From a virus (Duplodnaviria; Caudoviricetes), in the IMG/VR virus record IMGVR_UViG_2630968963_000002, positions 4,204 through 68,203 of that record: DNA of 64,000 nt. One strand, 5' to 3'. Below, one piece after another: positions 10,406 through 21,240 of this stretch. Made by a program: the position numbers and the translations under genes. Positions within the stretch are counted from its first letter, which is position 1. Each line of letters opens with the position of its first letter. The notes under the pieces were generated by a model. It was given only the letters and a program-made list of their open reading frames with translations. It searched no databases and was not told where the DNA came from.

Positions 10406-10861
10406 TTAACTCTCTAGAACAGGAGCTGGTGTAAATGTAGGTTTTCCATGTGCTTTTGCTTCAAACTCTAATGGAGCAACATTCACTGAGTCCCCACCAC
10501 CTAAATTTGTTACATTTATTACACAATTAAATTCTAATTTTGCACCTTCAGGGAACTCTATTTCTAACTTAGAGTCACAATCTCTTCCATTTTTCCAAGC
10601 AAGTCCAGATACATAGTCATTTCCCTCATCACCAACACATCTTTTTCCTTTTAAAGATATACTTAATGATTTTCCAGTCATTAAAGCACTTGCCCATCCT
10701 TCTTGATCCATCGCATTCCATTCTTCTATTTTCCCATCTATTGATATTGAAAAAGTTTCTAACTCTGCAATAGGTTTCATTTTAGCTGACTCACTACTTC
10801 TGCCATCAACTCCAATCTTAAATTTTAAATTATATACTGGGTATACTCCTGTAAAACTCAT
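10406..10861 (-). CDS. Major tail (tube) protein
   Basis: Position and sequence (IEEWNAMDQEGW, FPEGAKLEF, APLEFE); start at MSFTG. Confidence 0.85.
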   Translation of the reverse strand: MSFTGVYPVYNLKFKIGVDGRSSESAKMKPIAELETFSISIDGKIEEWNAMDQEGWASALMTGKSLSISLKGKRCVGDEGNDYVSGLAWKNGRDCDSKLEIEFPEGAKLEFNCVINVTNLGGGDSVNVAPLEFEAKAHGKPTFTPAPVLES

Positions 10862-10869
10862 TCTTATCA

Positions 10870-11259
10870 CTACCTTTCATAATAAATTGTCATCTCTATA
10901 ACATATTCAATAACGCCTTCTGAATCAGTTCCTAAAAATATTGGTTCAGAACTTCTCATTTTACATTGAATAACCTTTTTATTTCCTATAGTAAAATTAT
11001 CTTGGCCAAAGAATAAATTATAAACTTCCATTGCTTTTTTCTCTGCTTCATCACTGTTTTTTCCCCAGTGAATTAAAAAACTTATACTTTTAGTAGTATA
11101 AGTTGTGTTTTCCAGTCCACCAATAGCTATATGTGGTAGTTGTCCTGGTACATTATATATTGTTATACTCTTTTCTTGATTGCCACCTATCTTATTTAAA
11201 TAATATTGAGGGCAGTCTATTTGAGATTTTAAATAGCCTCTTATATAACTTAATAACAT
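10870..11259 (-). CDS. Tail terminator/completion protein
   Basis: Synteny and size. Confidence 0.75.
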   Translation of the reverse strand: MLLSYIRGYLKSQIDCPQYYLNKIGGNQEKSITIYNVPGQLPHIAIGGLENTTYTTKSISFLIHWGKNSDEAEKKAMEVYNLFFGQDNFTIGNKKVIQCKMRSSEPIFLGTDSEGVIEYVIEMTIYYER

Positions 11260-11642
11260 TACTTAATTACTCCTTTTGAATTCATTTTTAAAAACCTAGA
11301 GTAGGCATTTTTTATAAAATCATCTTTCTCACCATTTATATAAGCATCCATCCACTTACCTTGTGCATTTACATTTTTATCAGTTCTAAAGTTATACTCT
11401 GGATGCCAATATAATCTTCTTGCATAAGGAGTATCAAAACTTATATTAGTTATTCCATTATTTACATTTTCAAGATTAATAAAACAACTTCTTTCAAGTT
11501 CTCCTGTATCTTTAGGAATAACCGCTGATGTGACTATATCACTCTTCAAAGCTTCTGTAGCCATTTCCAAGGATTTTATATGAGCCTTAGTAATATTATT
11601 TAATTTCTCACTATCTAATTTTATAGTAACTTTTACATTCAT
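11259..11642 (-). CDS. Neck/tail completion protein (A118 minor-capsid-like)
   Basis: IPKDTGELERS...TPYARRLYWHPEYNF motif. Confidence 0.8.
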   Translation of the reverse strand: MNVKVTIKLDSEKLNNITKAHIKSLEMATEALKSDIVTSAVIPKDTGELERSCFINLENVNNGITNISFDTPYARRLYWHPEYNFRTDKNVNAQGKWMDAYINGEKDDFIKNAYSRFLKMNSKGVIK

Positions 11643-11962
11643 ATTAAATTCAACTCTGTACTAAAAATACTACCATCTGGGTTCAAGGGTCTTTCAATAG
11701 AATAAATCTTTTTCTTTAATCCATTTATATTTACATAGCCTTGAAATGCTCCATCATAAATAGAACCTTCTATAACTACTTTACCACTAAGAGTAATTAA
11801 TTGCCTTTCAGCATTAAGAACTTGCTTAGATTTATCTGTATAGATACATTTCCCATTAAAGATTATATTTTCTTCACAATCACCATCTGTATTAATTCCC
11901 TCAAACCACACTTCTATAGGTGTATTAGCTAACCACTTTGGAAAAGGTAATTTTAATCCCAT
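11639..11962 (-). CDS. Head closure protein
   Basis: Synteny; RPLNPDGS motif. Confidence 0.7.
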   Translation of the reverse strand: MGLKLPFPKWLANTPIEVWFEGINTDGDCEENIIFNGKCIYTDKSKQVLNAERQLITLSGKVVIEGSIYDGAFQGYVNINGLKKKIYSIERPLNPDGSIFSTELNLI

Positions 11963-11963
11963 A

Positions 11964-12326
11964 TTATATTCTCCTACAAGTTAACCCAGTTTGATTAAGG
12001 TAATTTAATACTTCTTGTGTGGTAGTTATTCCATTAACCTTATTTGTTTTAAAACTAACAGATGTACTCCCTGCACTGAAACCACTTAAAGGTGTATCTA
12101 TATAATCTCCATACTGTTCAATAAACTCTGCATGTATGCATGTTGCTTTTTTTATTCTATCTTTCTGAAATTCAGTTAAGTTATCAAATCCTTTTGCCAT
12201 TATTCTATTAAAAGTTAATGAATCAACTTGATCACTTGCTCTTTCTAATCTTTGTTTAGAATTATATTCCTCTAGTACAGTTCCATTAAATTCATCTTTA
12301 TAATATTGATAATCTACATAAGCCAA
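11964..12326 (-). CDS. Head-tail connector/adaptor
   Basis: MAYVDYQYY..ASDQVDSLTFNRI..KKATC..FSAGSTSVSF. Confidence 0.8.
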   Translation of the reverse strand: MAYVDYQYYKDEFNGTVLEEYNSKQRLERASDQVDSLTFNRIMAKGFDNLTEFQKDRIKKATCIHAEFIEQYGDYIDTPLSGFSAGSTSVSFKTNKVNGITTTQEVLNYLNQTGLTCRRI

Positions 12327-12393
12327 AATATCACCTTCTTAAAATAGGGAGTATTTAAACTCCCCTATTTATATTTTTACATAAAAATAAGGC

Positions 12394-12636
12394 TTACTTA
12401 GAGCCTTCTATTTCTTTCTTTAGCTTTTTATTTTCTTTTTCTAAAGTATTATAATTTTTTTCTAATTCTTCATACTTTGTTTTTAATTCTTCATATTCTT
12501 TATATGATACAGACTTTCCAGCTCCATATTCTATTATATTGCCTTCATCATTTAAGATATCGTAACCTTGTGCAATATAATAATCCTTTTGAGTTTTATC
12601 TATTGTATATACTTTATTATCTTTACTTGCTTTCAT
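12394..12636 (-). CDS. Small coiled-coil head-region protein
   Basis: 80 aa immediately downstream of capsid gene. Confidence 0.7.
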   Translation of the reverse strand: MKASKDNKVYTIDKTQKDYYIAQGYDILNDEGNIIEYGAGKSVSYKEYEELKTKYEELEKNYNTLEKENKKLKKEIEGSK

Positions 12637-12657
12637 AATTAATCCTCGCTCTCTATT

Positions 12658-13563
12658 TTAATCTTCTGCTTCAGCATTTATTGCTATACCACATGCTTTA
12701 TTCTTTATTAAGAAAGTATCTCCATAAGCTCTATTTTGATATAAATAGTTATCTCCTGTTCTTGAATCATGTCCTGGTGTAAATATCTTTATGTATGCAT
12801 ATTTACTTCTTGTGACTTGGCAAGAAGGGTGTATTAATATAATATTTATTTGTTTTGCTCCACCTGCAGGTACACAACCATTAGAAAATTCATATTTTGT
12901 TTTCATTCTAGAACTTGGAACAACCTTTATATTTACATCATCTAATGAATATACATTTCTATCAACATTTCCTGTATTTTTATCTACACTTACTGTTCTT
13001 GATAATCCTTCAGCATTCTTTAATAGCTTATTCATTGCAGGAGTAACATATAGTATTCTGCCTTCACTTGGAACACCTTCATCATCCATTTTAGACATTT
13101 GGTTATCAAACCACTCTAAAATATTTGCTGTCGTAAGAGAAGTATTATCTACAACAGCACCACTTGATGTATATGTCTTAGCTTCTGCATATAATTTTGA
13201 ATATCTATAACTATCTTTTTCAGGAATTGCTTGTTCAGTTTCAAAAGTATTGTGAACATTAGCTATCTCTACAGTTAAATTAGTTTCATCCACATCCATT
13301 GGATCTATAAAGAATTCTATATCTCTATCATGTGCTAATTTTTTAGCTTCCCAGTCATTTGACATTGTTCCAGCATTAAATCCTAATGTACCTCTATTAT
13401 GGTCTTTGTACCCACTAACTGTTATTGTAGGTAATTTTATAGTTTGAGCATTTATAAACTTAACTTGTGGGTTAGAGTTTTCTAAATCATAAGAAGTTAA
13501 TTCCCTTGAATATTTTTGTTGTAATTCCCTCATAAATTGTTCTGCATAATTGTATGCTGCCAT
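12658..13563 (-). CDS. Major capsid protein
   Basis: 301 aa after scaffold; homologous to 44153..45040 (DVDETN, PE.D.Y, VP..GRILYV, HPS). Confidence 0.92.
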   Translation of the reverse strand: MAAYNYAEQFMRELQQKYSRELTSYDLENSNPQVKFINAQTIKLPTITVSGYKDHNRGTLGFNAGTMSNDWEAKKLAHDRDIEFFIDPMDVDETNLTVEIANVHNTFETEQAIPEKDSYRYSKLYAEAKTYTSSGAVVDNTSLTTANILEWFDNQMSKMDDEGVPSEGRILYVTPAMNKLLKNAEGLSRTVSVDKNTGNVDRNVYSLDDVNIKVVPSSRMKTKYEFSNGCVPAGGAKQINIILIHPSCQVTRSKYAYIKIFTPGHDSRTGDNYLYQNRAYGDTFLIKNKACGIAINAEAED

Positions 13564-13587
13564 TTTAAATCATCTCCTTAATTTTTA

Positions 13588-14151
13588 TTACTTATTTCCA
13601 AATGCCATAGCAAGGGCATCTTTTATATTATCTTGTGGCTTTCCATTGTCTCCACTACCACCAATTTTAAATCTTGGTGTTTCTGTTCCACTTGTTTTGA
13701 AACTTGGATATTTTTCTAATACTTTATCTATTGCTTTATCTATAGTTAAAGTATCATTAGTCATACTTCTAGCTAGTGTTATTACATCATCTACAGAGTC
13801 AGCTAATACACCTTTAGATAAGCATGATACTTTTGCTTCTAGTGTACTAACTTTATCTTCTGCATCTTTTCTAGCTTTAGTTTCAGCTTCTAACTTTTCA
13901 TCTTTCTTTTGAGCTTCTGTCTTTTGATTTTCTTGCCATTCTTTAAACTTTGTAAGCTCTTCATCACTTGGCAAATCCTTTTTAGCATCATTTAATAATG
14001 CATCTAGTTCTTCTTGCGTATAAGTTTTAACTTCTTCACCGCCACCATCTGAACCATTATCACCAGGATCTTGTTCATTCCCTTCATCACCTTCTCCTGC
14101 AAGTAACTGCAGGTTCATTTTGATAACATTATCTAAATCACCTATTAGCAT
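13588..14151 (-). CDS. Capsid scaffolding protein (DUF4355-like)
   Basis: MNLQLLAGEG..KTYTQEELD, acidic coiled coil. Confidence 0.85.
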   Translation of the reverse strand: MLIGDLDNVIKMNLQLLAGEGDEGNEQDPGDNGSDGGGEEVKTYTQEELDALLNDAKKDLPSDEELTKFKEWQENQKTEAQKKDEKLEAETKARKDAEDKVSTLEAKVSCLSKGVLADSVDDVITLARSMTNDTLTIDKAIDKVLEKYPSFKTSGTETPRFKIGGSGDNGKPQDNIKDALAMAFGNK

Positions 14152-14252
14152 TTCATGCCCTCCTTTATATTTTTATATACATAGTTTTTGGCCATAAGTA
14201 TATTTTGGGCATAATAAAAGCACCTACTATTTAAATTAATTAGCAAGTGCTT

Positions 14253-14495
14253 TTATGATTGATAACTTATTTTTTCTTTTATGTCATTATTTTTTATTGC
14301 TTTTTGTAATTTTGATATAGCTCTTAAAGTCCCTATTTTTCCTATTTTAGATTCTTTTAAGATTTCATATTTACTAGGATCTTTTAACGATAATTTTATT
14401 TGTCCATCTAAATCATCTTCATCTTTTCCATATAAATAAACTACATATTCACTTGTTTTACTTAGTAATTTCATCAAGACAATCATCTTCGCCAA
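14253..14495 (-). CDS. Putative immunity protein for MuF C-terminal domain
   Basis: Small ORF overlapping the minor capsid gene end, followed by a terminator (14216-14254). Confidence 0.6.
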   Translation of the reverse strand: MAKMIVLMKLLSKTSEYVVYLYGKDEDDLDGQIKLSLKDPSKYEILKESKIGKIGTLRAISKLQKAIKNNDIKEKISYQS

Positions 14496-16137
14496 ACTCT
14501 CCTTTTTCTTTTAACAGATACCCATACCAATCATACTTTTTAGTTGTTATGTCATGAGCATCTTTATTAGTTAAATTATACCTTTTCTCTAATCCACTTT
14601 CAAGATATTCATGTTTTAGTAGTAAAATGTCCCTATCTTCATAATTACCATTTATTAACCTTTGCCATGCTACAGCCATATCGTAGTCTGCATCTAATAG
14701 TCCTAATGTACCATCAAATCGTATATGTTTATTATTAAATACATGATTTTTTATTGTATCTATTTTTTTCATACTAAAACCTGTGTTTTTAGATATCTTT
14801 TCTATATCTGAATTATCTAACCTTACTTTTTCATAATACGTATCAGCCTCAGATTCTCTTCTTAGCATCCATTCAATATCACCTTTGGTATACTTTCCAC
14901 CTGTTTGCTTTATGCCATATATTTTCTCTTTTTGCCTATTTCGTCTTAAATAAGGATGCTCTTCTAAATGAGTTTTTAATTGCATTGAATACTCTAGCAA
15001 TTTATTACTAGCAAATTCTCTATTTGCTTCATCTTGAGAACCTATAGAAATTCTTTTCCATTTTCTTATATATCTTTCTAATCTTCTTTGTTCCTGCTCT
15101 GCCTTATATCTTTCTAAAGCTTTTTTTTCATCTGGAACGGTGGGAAGATTAGTTATACCTGGAAAGTAAGTTGTTAATGTATGCCTGCAGTTTACATGCA
15201 AAAGGCCCGCATCTATTGCTTCACTTAACAATTTATACTTTCCTTTATTCTCCTGTAAATACTCTTCAGTTGGATTACTAAATACATCATCAATTAGTAT
15301 TTCACCTTGCCATGCTGCACACATAGGGCAAGTATTAGCATGAGCTGATACAACTACAGTATATATACCATACTCATCTCTCTTTTTACCTTCACCAAGT
15401 AATGTAGCTCTATGGCTTGCAGTTCTTAAGCACATCTCAACATATGATGCTATATTCACCTGCTTACCATCTTTATAAGTAATACTATTTATACCCGTAT
15501 TTAAGAAATCCTTTGTAGCCATATCTATTGCTTGATTTAAAGATACTGCTCCTGATTGCAAATATACATGAGTTTTATATATAGTCTGTCTATATACATC
15601 ATCCATCTTTCTTAATATAGTTGCATTAGCCTTCTTTATATCATTATTTACACTTTCCTGTAATGCCTTTAACTTCTTGTCATTCATATTGAAGAATTGA
15701 TTTTCTTTAGGCTCATTAATATATCCTTTTTCAGATATATATTCAGGAAATTCAATAGATAAGTTTTTAACTACATTTGGACTAATCTTTTTAGTATGAT
15801 TTTTAAAGTCCTGAACCTTATTTTTAGGCTTATTTTTAATAAATAAAGATTTTAATTTATTAATTACATTAGATATTCTATTTAATCCTTTATTGTAATT
15901 AGATTCTAATTCTTTATTTACATCTTCTTCAATAGAATCTATATGATTATTCAATATTAACTTATTTTCTTGCCTATATTTATTCAATGATCTTAACTTG
16001 CTTCTCTGCCATTGTTCCCACTTAAACCCTTCTTTATCTTCTTCACTTTCATGATATTTAAGATTTCTATGCATGGAGGATATAAGATCTAGTTCCATTT
16101 TTTCAAATATAGCTCTGATATCATACTTACTACTCAT
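14458..16137 (-). CDS. Minor capsid (MuF) protein with C-terminal extension, putative toxin
   Basis: CPMC...LHVNCRH MuF signature, then ~150 aa with DADYDMAVAWQRL..LLKHEYLE..AH. Confidence 0.85.
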   Translation of the reverse strand: MSSKYDIRAIFEKMELDLISSMHRNLKYHESEEDKEGFKWEQWQRSKLRSLNKYRQENKLILNNHIDSIEEDVNKELESNYNKGLNRISNVINKLKSLFIKNKPKNKVQDFKNHTKKISPNVVKNLSIEFPEYISEKGYINEPKENQFFNMNDKKLKALQESVNNDIKKANATILRKMDDVYRQTIYKTHVYLQSGAVSLNQAIDMATKDFLNTGINSITYKDGKQVNIASYVEMCLRTASHRATLLGEGKKRDEYGIYTVVVSAHANTCPMCAAWQGEILIDDVFSNPTEEYLQENKGKYKLLSEAIDAGLLHVNCRHTLTTYFPGITNLPTVPDEKKALERYKAEQEQRRLERYIRKWKRISIGSQDEANREFASNKLLEYSMQLKTHLEEHPYLRRNRQKEKIYGIKQTGGKYTKGDIEWMLRRESEADTYYEKVRLDNSDIEKISKNTGFSMKKIDTIKNHVFNNKHIRFDGTLGLLDADYDMAVAWQRLINGNYEDRDILLLKHEYLESGLEKRYNLTNKDAHDITTKKYDWYGYLLKEKGEFGEDDCLDEITK

Positions 16138-17644
16138 CTATATCTACATCCAAATTATCTAAATTATCCTCATCCTCACCTGCAGTTGAAGGTTCATCTG
16201 TTGTATACATTCCAGACTCTTCTTTTATTCTTGCTATTTCAAGAGCCTTTTCTTCTTCTGTCATTGTATCTCCATATAATTCATCAATACATTTTTGTAA
16301 TGACATTATACCTAATGTTTTAGCCTTTCCTACAGTTTCAACCACTGAATCAAAGCTTGGTGTAGAGTATTCACCAAAAGATATAGATACTTCATATTCA
16401 CCTGCAGACTTATTATTCAATACATCATAAGTTTTTAGTATTATATTTACTAATTCTGGTATAACTTCTGTTAGAGTGTCTATCATTTTATTTCTAGTAT
16501 ATAAAGTAGTCTTTTCTTTTTCTCTTTGTGCTTCTGCATTATCTGTCTTTTTCAAGTCAATTCCTAGAGTACTTGGAGATATAATTCCTTGTAAGCACAT
16601 ATCTATTGCATTTGAATAGCTTTCTACGTATGCTTCATATTTTATATCTGCTTGTGTCATATCAATTTGTTTTTTAGCATCTTCACTTGCATTTGAAGAA
16701 GTAGCAATAAAGCTATTATCAAAAGGATTTGGTTTTAATATCTCGCCTGTATTAGGGTTTACTGGTAATAAATCCTCTGGAATATATCTTTGAACTCTTC
16801 CGGCTCTTATTGCATCTATCCACTGTGATATTACTTCATCTAATGCATCAAAAGAATCACTCTTATTATCTATAATACTTTTTCCTCTACCTTCCCATTT
16901 TGATGACTTGAAAAACATTAATGGTATGGCCATAATGAACTTATCTTTATATTCTACATCTTCAAGCTCTTTAGTTTCATCCAATGTATCTAATGAAACC
17001 TCATTGTCTCTACCATCAAGTAACTTATATTTTATATATCCTAGTCCATACATTTCTACCAAAGTATACTTCTTACTTTTCTTTGTATAGTTAGTCTTAA
17101 AATGTAGTTCACTTAATCTACCCCTATTATGTATATATTCAACTCTGTCACCATCAAAGAATTCTATAATTGGGTATTTACTAATATCTGTATCTATAGA
17201 TAATTTAAATGCACCATCACCACTTACTAGAGCTTTCTGTATAGAATCTGATAATATTTCATTGAACTTATTATCTTCCGATATATCTTTCCAAATAGAA
17301 TTTAATGTTTCACTATCTTCAACTTGAATTTGATCTATATCAGAAACTACTATATCAGTTAACTTATCTATTAACATGCCCGGTAGTCCACTGTGAATTT
17401 TTCTTATACTTAAATTCTCACTCGGTGTAGCACACCAAAACCTAGATTGATTGACTGGATCACTACTTATATTTTTAAAAAATTGTTCTATCTCGTATGC
17501 CTCTCCTCTATACCAAAGCTTGTTCCTAATTAGATTAGTTTCATATGTATATGCTTCTTGTATTGTAATAGAGCCTTGCATAGCAGGTTGAACATTTAAA
17601 AACTTAATTGCTACTTTAGTTAACATACTTTTAAACCACCCCAC
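16130..17644 (-). CDS. Portal protein (A118-type)
   Basis: After terminase; SFDALDE..SQW, SPSTLGID; start chosen at GTG 17644 by AAGGAGAG SD. Confidence 0.9.
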   Translation of the reverse strand: MGWFKSMLTKVAIKFLNVQPAMQGSITIQEAYTYETNLIRNKLWYRGEAYEIEQFFKNISSDPVNQSRFWCATPSENLSIRKIHSGLPGMLIDKLTDIVVSDIDQIQVEDSETLNSIWKDISEDNKFNEILSDSIQKALVSGDGAFKLSIDTDISKYPIIEFFDGDRVEYIHNRGRLSELHFKTNYTKKSKKYTLVEMYGLGYIKYKLLDGRDNEVSLDTLDETKELEDVEYKDKFIMAIPLMFFKSSKWEGRGKSIIDNKSDSFDALDEVISQWIDAIRAGRVQRYIPEDLLPVNPNTGEILKPNPFDNSFIATSSNASEDAKKQIDMTQADIKYEAYVESYSNAIDMCLQGIISPSTLGIDLKKTDNAEAQREKEKTTLYTRNKMIDTLTEVIPELVNIILKTYDVLNNKSAGEYEVSISFGEYSTPSFDSVVETVGKAKTLGIMSLQKCIDELYGDTMTEEEKALEIARIKEESGMYTTDEPSTAGEDEDNLDNLDVDIDE

Positions 17645-17648
17645 TTTC

Positions 17649-19001
17649 TCACTCTCCTTTATAGTCATGTATATGATGTCTAAAAGGTATCCAAGCATAT
17701 TGAGATGCATTTATAGTATGATCATTTGCATCTTCAGGCTCATATTTATCTTCTTTCCAAGAATAAACTTCATGTTCCATAATATGATTTACACAAGTAT
17801 CTACAATTTCATAGTATACAGAACCAGTTTCATAATTAAGCCATCCTAACTGTAAATGTATTCTGTCTATTATAGTAACTTTCTTATATGAGTTGTTAAT
17901 AGTATAAACATTTGGATTAGCTCTCTTATATTTCTTAAGTTCTGTTATAGTTGCTTGATCTGCACAATCTACAAATACATTTCTTGCAAGACCCCATTCT
18001 TTTCTATTTCTTTCTAAGAACGTAAAAAATCTAGGTGCTATGTCTGAAGGAGCAAGTGGTACACTTAAATTTGTATTATTGTATACTTCTTCATTTAAGA
18101 TAACTACTTTCCCTTTATCTGTTATTCCTAAAAATATCATTGCAAATGTATCTGGACTATTAGCACTATATGAAGTATCTAATCCTGCAGAATAATACTT
18201 AAATTTATATTCTTTAGCTTTGGCTTTACTAGTAACATGGTGTTTTCTCTCAAAATTACTAAATATAAGTCCTGTTGCTCTTCCTCTTAGGCCAAGAATT
18301 TTATTCTTATATAACTTAGTGCCTTTTGGAGCACTCATCTTTTTCTTTTTTATATCTTCTTCACTTAATGATGCATTATCATAAAATGAAAAAAACCAAT
18401 ATGTCCAGCCTTCCTTTTCTTCGCTAGTCAATTGGTTTAATATTTCTTTTGGTACATCTTGTTTATATTTTTCAAGTGGCCTACTACAGTTTATAAACTC
18501 TTTATATACTGGGAGATTAGGATCATCAGGGTTAAGTGTTGCCATAAGATAATCATTTCTAGTACATATCTCTCTTACAAAATCTATACTCGCAGTATTT
18601 ACCTCATCTATAAATACGCATCCAAACTGAGAACCTAGAGCCATTTTCCACTTATCTACATTATCATAACCTAGAATATATATTACTTTAGTTCCATTAG
18701 GTGTATTAAATAAAATATGTGGCAATTTATTATCTTTATCTCCATTACCTTTGTACTGGACTAATTCTCCAAATATATCTATTACACCAAATTCTTTATT
18801 GATTATATTCTTTTCAGCTACCCCTGTAGTTTTAGCTGATATAACATGTTGCCTTCTATTTGATTCAGCAACCTTTAACATAAATTTTAGTATACCTACT
18901 GTAGTTTTACCTGCTGCTGTAGTACCTTCTAAAAGTTCTGCATGAGCTTCATGCTTTAAAAAATCTTTATATTTCTCTGATAATTTATATTCATTTTCCA
19001 T
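17649..19001 (-). CDS. terL: Terminase large subunit
   Basis: Walker A EGTTAAGKT, Walker B VFIDE, nuclease acidic motifs GLDTS / VDCAD / NDH. Confidence 0.92.
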   Translation of the reverse strand: MENEYKLSEKYKDFLKHEAHAELLEGTTAAGKTTVGILKFMLKVAESNRRQHVISAKTTGVAEKNIINKEFGVIDIFGELVQYKGNGDKDNKLPHILFNTPNGTKVIYILGYDNVDKWKMALGSQFGCVFIDEVNTASIDFVREICTRNDYLMATLNPDDPNLPVYKEFINCSRPLEKYKQDVPKEILNQLTSEEKEGWTYWFFSFYDNASLSEEDIKKKKMSAPKGTKLYKNKILGLRGRATGLIFSNFERKHHVTSKAKAKEYKFKYYSAGLDTSYSANSPDTFAMIFLGITDKGKVVILNEEVYNNTNLSVPLAPSDIAPRFFTFLERNRKEWGLARNVFVDCADQATITELKKYKRANPNVYTINNSYKKVTIIDRIHLQLGWLNYETGSVYYEIVDTCVNHIMEHEVYSWKEDKYEPEDANDHTINASQYAWIPFRHHIHDYKGE

Positions 19002-19253
19002 TAGTTCACCATCATATCTCTAACTATTCCCTAAATAGTGTTTTTCGAACTAGTTGCCTTATCAATTTATGAAAGTTAGTGTTTTCAATAGTTTCAAAAA
19101 TTATATTAATATACATCTTCATGTTACTTTTAAAATTTAAATTATTAAAGTCTCTCCTAATTCTATACATTTAAACTATATAACTTACTAACTTTATTTT
19201 TTTAATCAAATTAATAAAATTAAATATTATTACTTAACTTTATTAATTCGGTA

Positions 19254-19637
19254 TTATTTATTATAAGTACCTAATACATTACGTTCTATTCTATCCTCAA
19301 CTCTTCTATTCATATACATTAATGCTATTTCTATATGTTCTAAAGCCTTAGAATTATATTCACTAGCAAATGGTCCAGCCTGAAAACATTGTAATCTATG
19401 CCTTACTATCTCTAATAAATCTGCATCTATAACTCCATGTATTGAGTTTTCTTCTTTCCTAGCACCACATTGTAATTGAATTTCAGACATAGGTTGATAA
19501 GTTGTTATTAATCGTACTTCTTCCTCACCTTTAGGTACTATTGCATATCTATGATTAGCTCCTCCTGGTCCTACTTCATCTATTGCATATACATCATTTA
19601 ACTTTTCTCTTTTTTGAATTGTAGTTAATTTTTTCAT
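19254..19637 (-). CDS. tad1: Tad1 (Thoeris anti-defence 1) signal-sponge protein
   Basis: [41 protein letters not shown]...[15 protein letters not shown] closely match my recall of clostridial Tad1. Confidence 0.88.
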   Translation of the reverse strand: MKKLTTIQKREKLNDVYAIDEVGPGGANHRYAIVPKGEEEVRLITTYQPMSEIQLQCGARKEENSIHGVIDADLLEIVRHRLQCFQAGPFASEYNSKALEHIEIALMYMNRRVEDRIERNVLGTYNK

Positions 19638-19681
19638 TTGTTTTACTCCTATTTACAAATAATCCTTGTAATCTAGAACTA

Positions 19682-20407
19682 TTATTTTTTTATTTCAGCT
19701 AGTATGCTCTCTAACTTAGAAATAGATTTATTATTATTGTCTTTAACTCCTAGTTTAGACTTTAATACTTCTATTCTTAGTTTCTGTTCCTCTGTAACTA
19801 AATCCCAATTAGCATGGATCATCTTATCATACTTCTCTATCATCTTGGCCAAAGTATCCATAGCTTTAGATTGAGCAGTAATATTATTATTTTCTTTGTC
19901 CCATGCGAATTGAATCTCATACTCTTCAGTATAGTTATTACCTTCTGATACTTTTTTAAGCTCTTTTGTAATATCCTTTTTGTTCTTTACATGAGATATC
20001 TTTTGCATACGAATAATTCTGGCCTCTTGTAGCAATATACTTCTCCATAGCTTATCTACTGGAGATTCTTCTTCTAGTTCTCCCATAAGATTTAATACAT
20101 CTGTTGGAAGCATTCTCTTTAAGTTCTTCTTAGTGTACCTATCTTCACTTGTATATAAGCCATGTTTATAGTTATGAACATTCCCTGGTGAGCCTTTACT
20201 ACCTTTTGCATTTTGATTTCCTTTAGGTGCTCCTGCTCTAGTATCTTCTCTAAGTTGTTCATCCCACTTATCACTACTTTTCCAGTTTCTGATGTTATTA
20301 ACATTCTCGCCTATTAATTCAGAAATCTTCTTAGGAGATATTTCACCGTTATGATCCTTGTATATCTCATATGCTTTATCTCTATTTGGATTTCTACTTC
20401 TTGCCAT
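19682..20407 (-). CDS. terS: Terminase small subunit
   Basis: MARSRNPNRDKAYEIY HTH, GAPKGNQNA, KHGLY, EYEIQFAWDK. Confidence 0.88.
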   Translation of the reverse strand: MARSRNPNRDKAYEIYKDHNGEISPKKISELIGENVNNIRNWKSSDKWDEQLREDTRAGAPKGNQNAKGSKGSPGNVHNYKHGLYTSEDRYTKKNLKRMLPTDVLNLMGELEEESPVDKLWRSILLQEARIIRMQKISHVKNKKDITKELKKVSEGNNYTEEYEIQFAWDKENNNITAQSKAMDTLAKMIEKYDKMIHANWDLVTEEQKLRIEVLKSKLGVKDNNNKSISKLESILAEIKK

Positions 20408-20446
20408 ATTAATTACTCCATTAAAAAAAGGACTCTACAGCCCTTC

Positions 20447-21049
20447 TTATTCATTATTTAATAATTTTATATATTTATATATTGTTGTTCTACTCATATT
20501 GCATAGTCTTGAAAACTCTGATATGTTTATATTCTTGTTTATATAACTTGGATAATGCTTTAAAAATATACCTGGTATGTTTTCACTTGTTACTTTAGGT
20601 CTACCTACAATTTTTCCTTTAGCCTTTGCATGTGCCATTCCTGATTTAACTCTTTGACTTATCATGTTTCTTTCCATTTCTGAAAAAACACCCATCATCT
20701 TTAACATACCTTCTGTCATTGGATCTAATTGTCCTTTAGTACAATCAACAATAAATGCACCTATAACAAGTTTTAGATGCTTTTGCTGCACTAATTCTAT
20801 TATTTCACAAAGTTGTTTTGTACTTCTAGTTATACGAGATACCTCTGTTGTAACTATTGTGTCACCTTGTTTAATAGTATTAAGCAGTTTATTTAATTCT
20901 ACTCTATCTGTTTTAGTACCACTTTCATATTCCAAGTATATATTTTCTTTACTTGCTCCAAGTTCTTTAAGTTCTCTTATTTGTCTTGTAATATCTTGTT
21001 TAGTTTCATCTGTAGAACATCTAGCATAACCATAAACAATATTGTTCAT
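20447..21049 (-). CDS. Small serine recombinase (resolvase/invertase)
   Basis: YGYARCST catalytic Ser, SRITRS, GRPK, C-terminal HTH SRTTIYKY; start MNNIV by AGGGG SD. Confidence 0.92.
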   Translation of the reverse strand: MNNIVYGYARCSTDETKQDITRQIRELKELGASKENIYLEYESGTKTDRVELNKLLNTIKQGDTIVTTEVSRITRSTKQLCEIIELVQQKHLKLVIGAFIVDCTKGQLDPMTEGMLKMMGVFSEMERNMISQRVKSGMAHAKAKGKIVGRPKVTSENIPGIFLKHYPSYINKNINISEFSRLCNMSRTTIYKYIKLLNNE

Positions 21050-21063
21050 TTTATTATTACCCC

Positions 21064-21240
21064 TTTTCGTATACATTTTATAGTTAGACTATAATATAAA
21101 ATATTAAAGTTGTCAACGAAAAGGTATATTTAATTTCGTGAACACTTTTAAAGTATTTTTTATTGAAATACCTATATCCAATATATGAATTTATGCTTTT
21201 TCAAACTGTTCACGAAAACAATTGTTTTTTTGAACACTTA
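21064..21240. promoter_or_regulatory. Probable res-like multi-subsite region upstream of resolvase
   Basis: Repeated and inverted half-sites TTCGTATACA, TCAACGAA..TTCGTGAACA, TGTTCACGAA..TTTTTGAACA. Confidence 0.6.
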
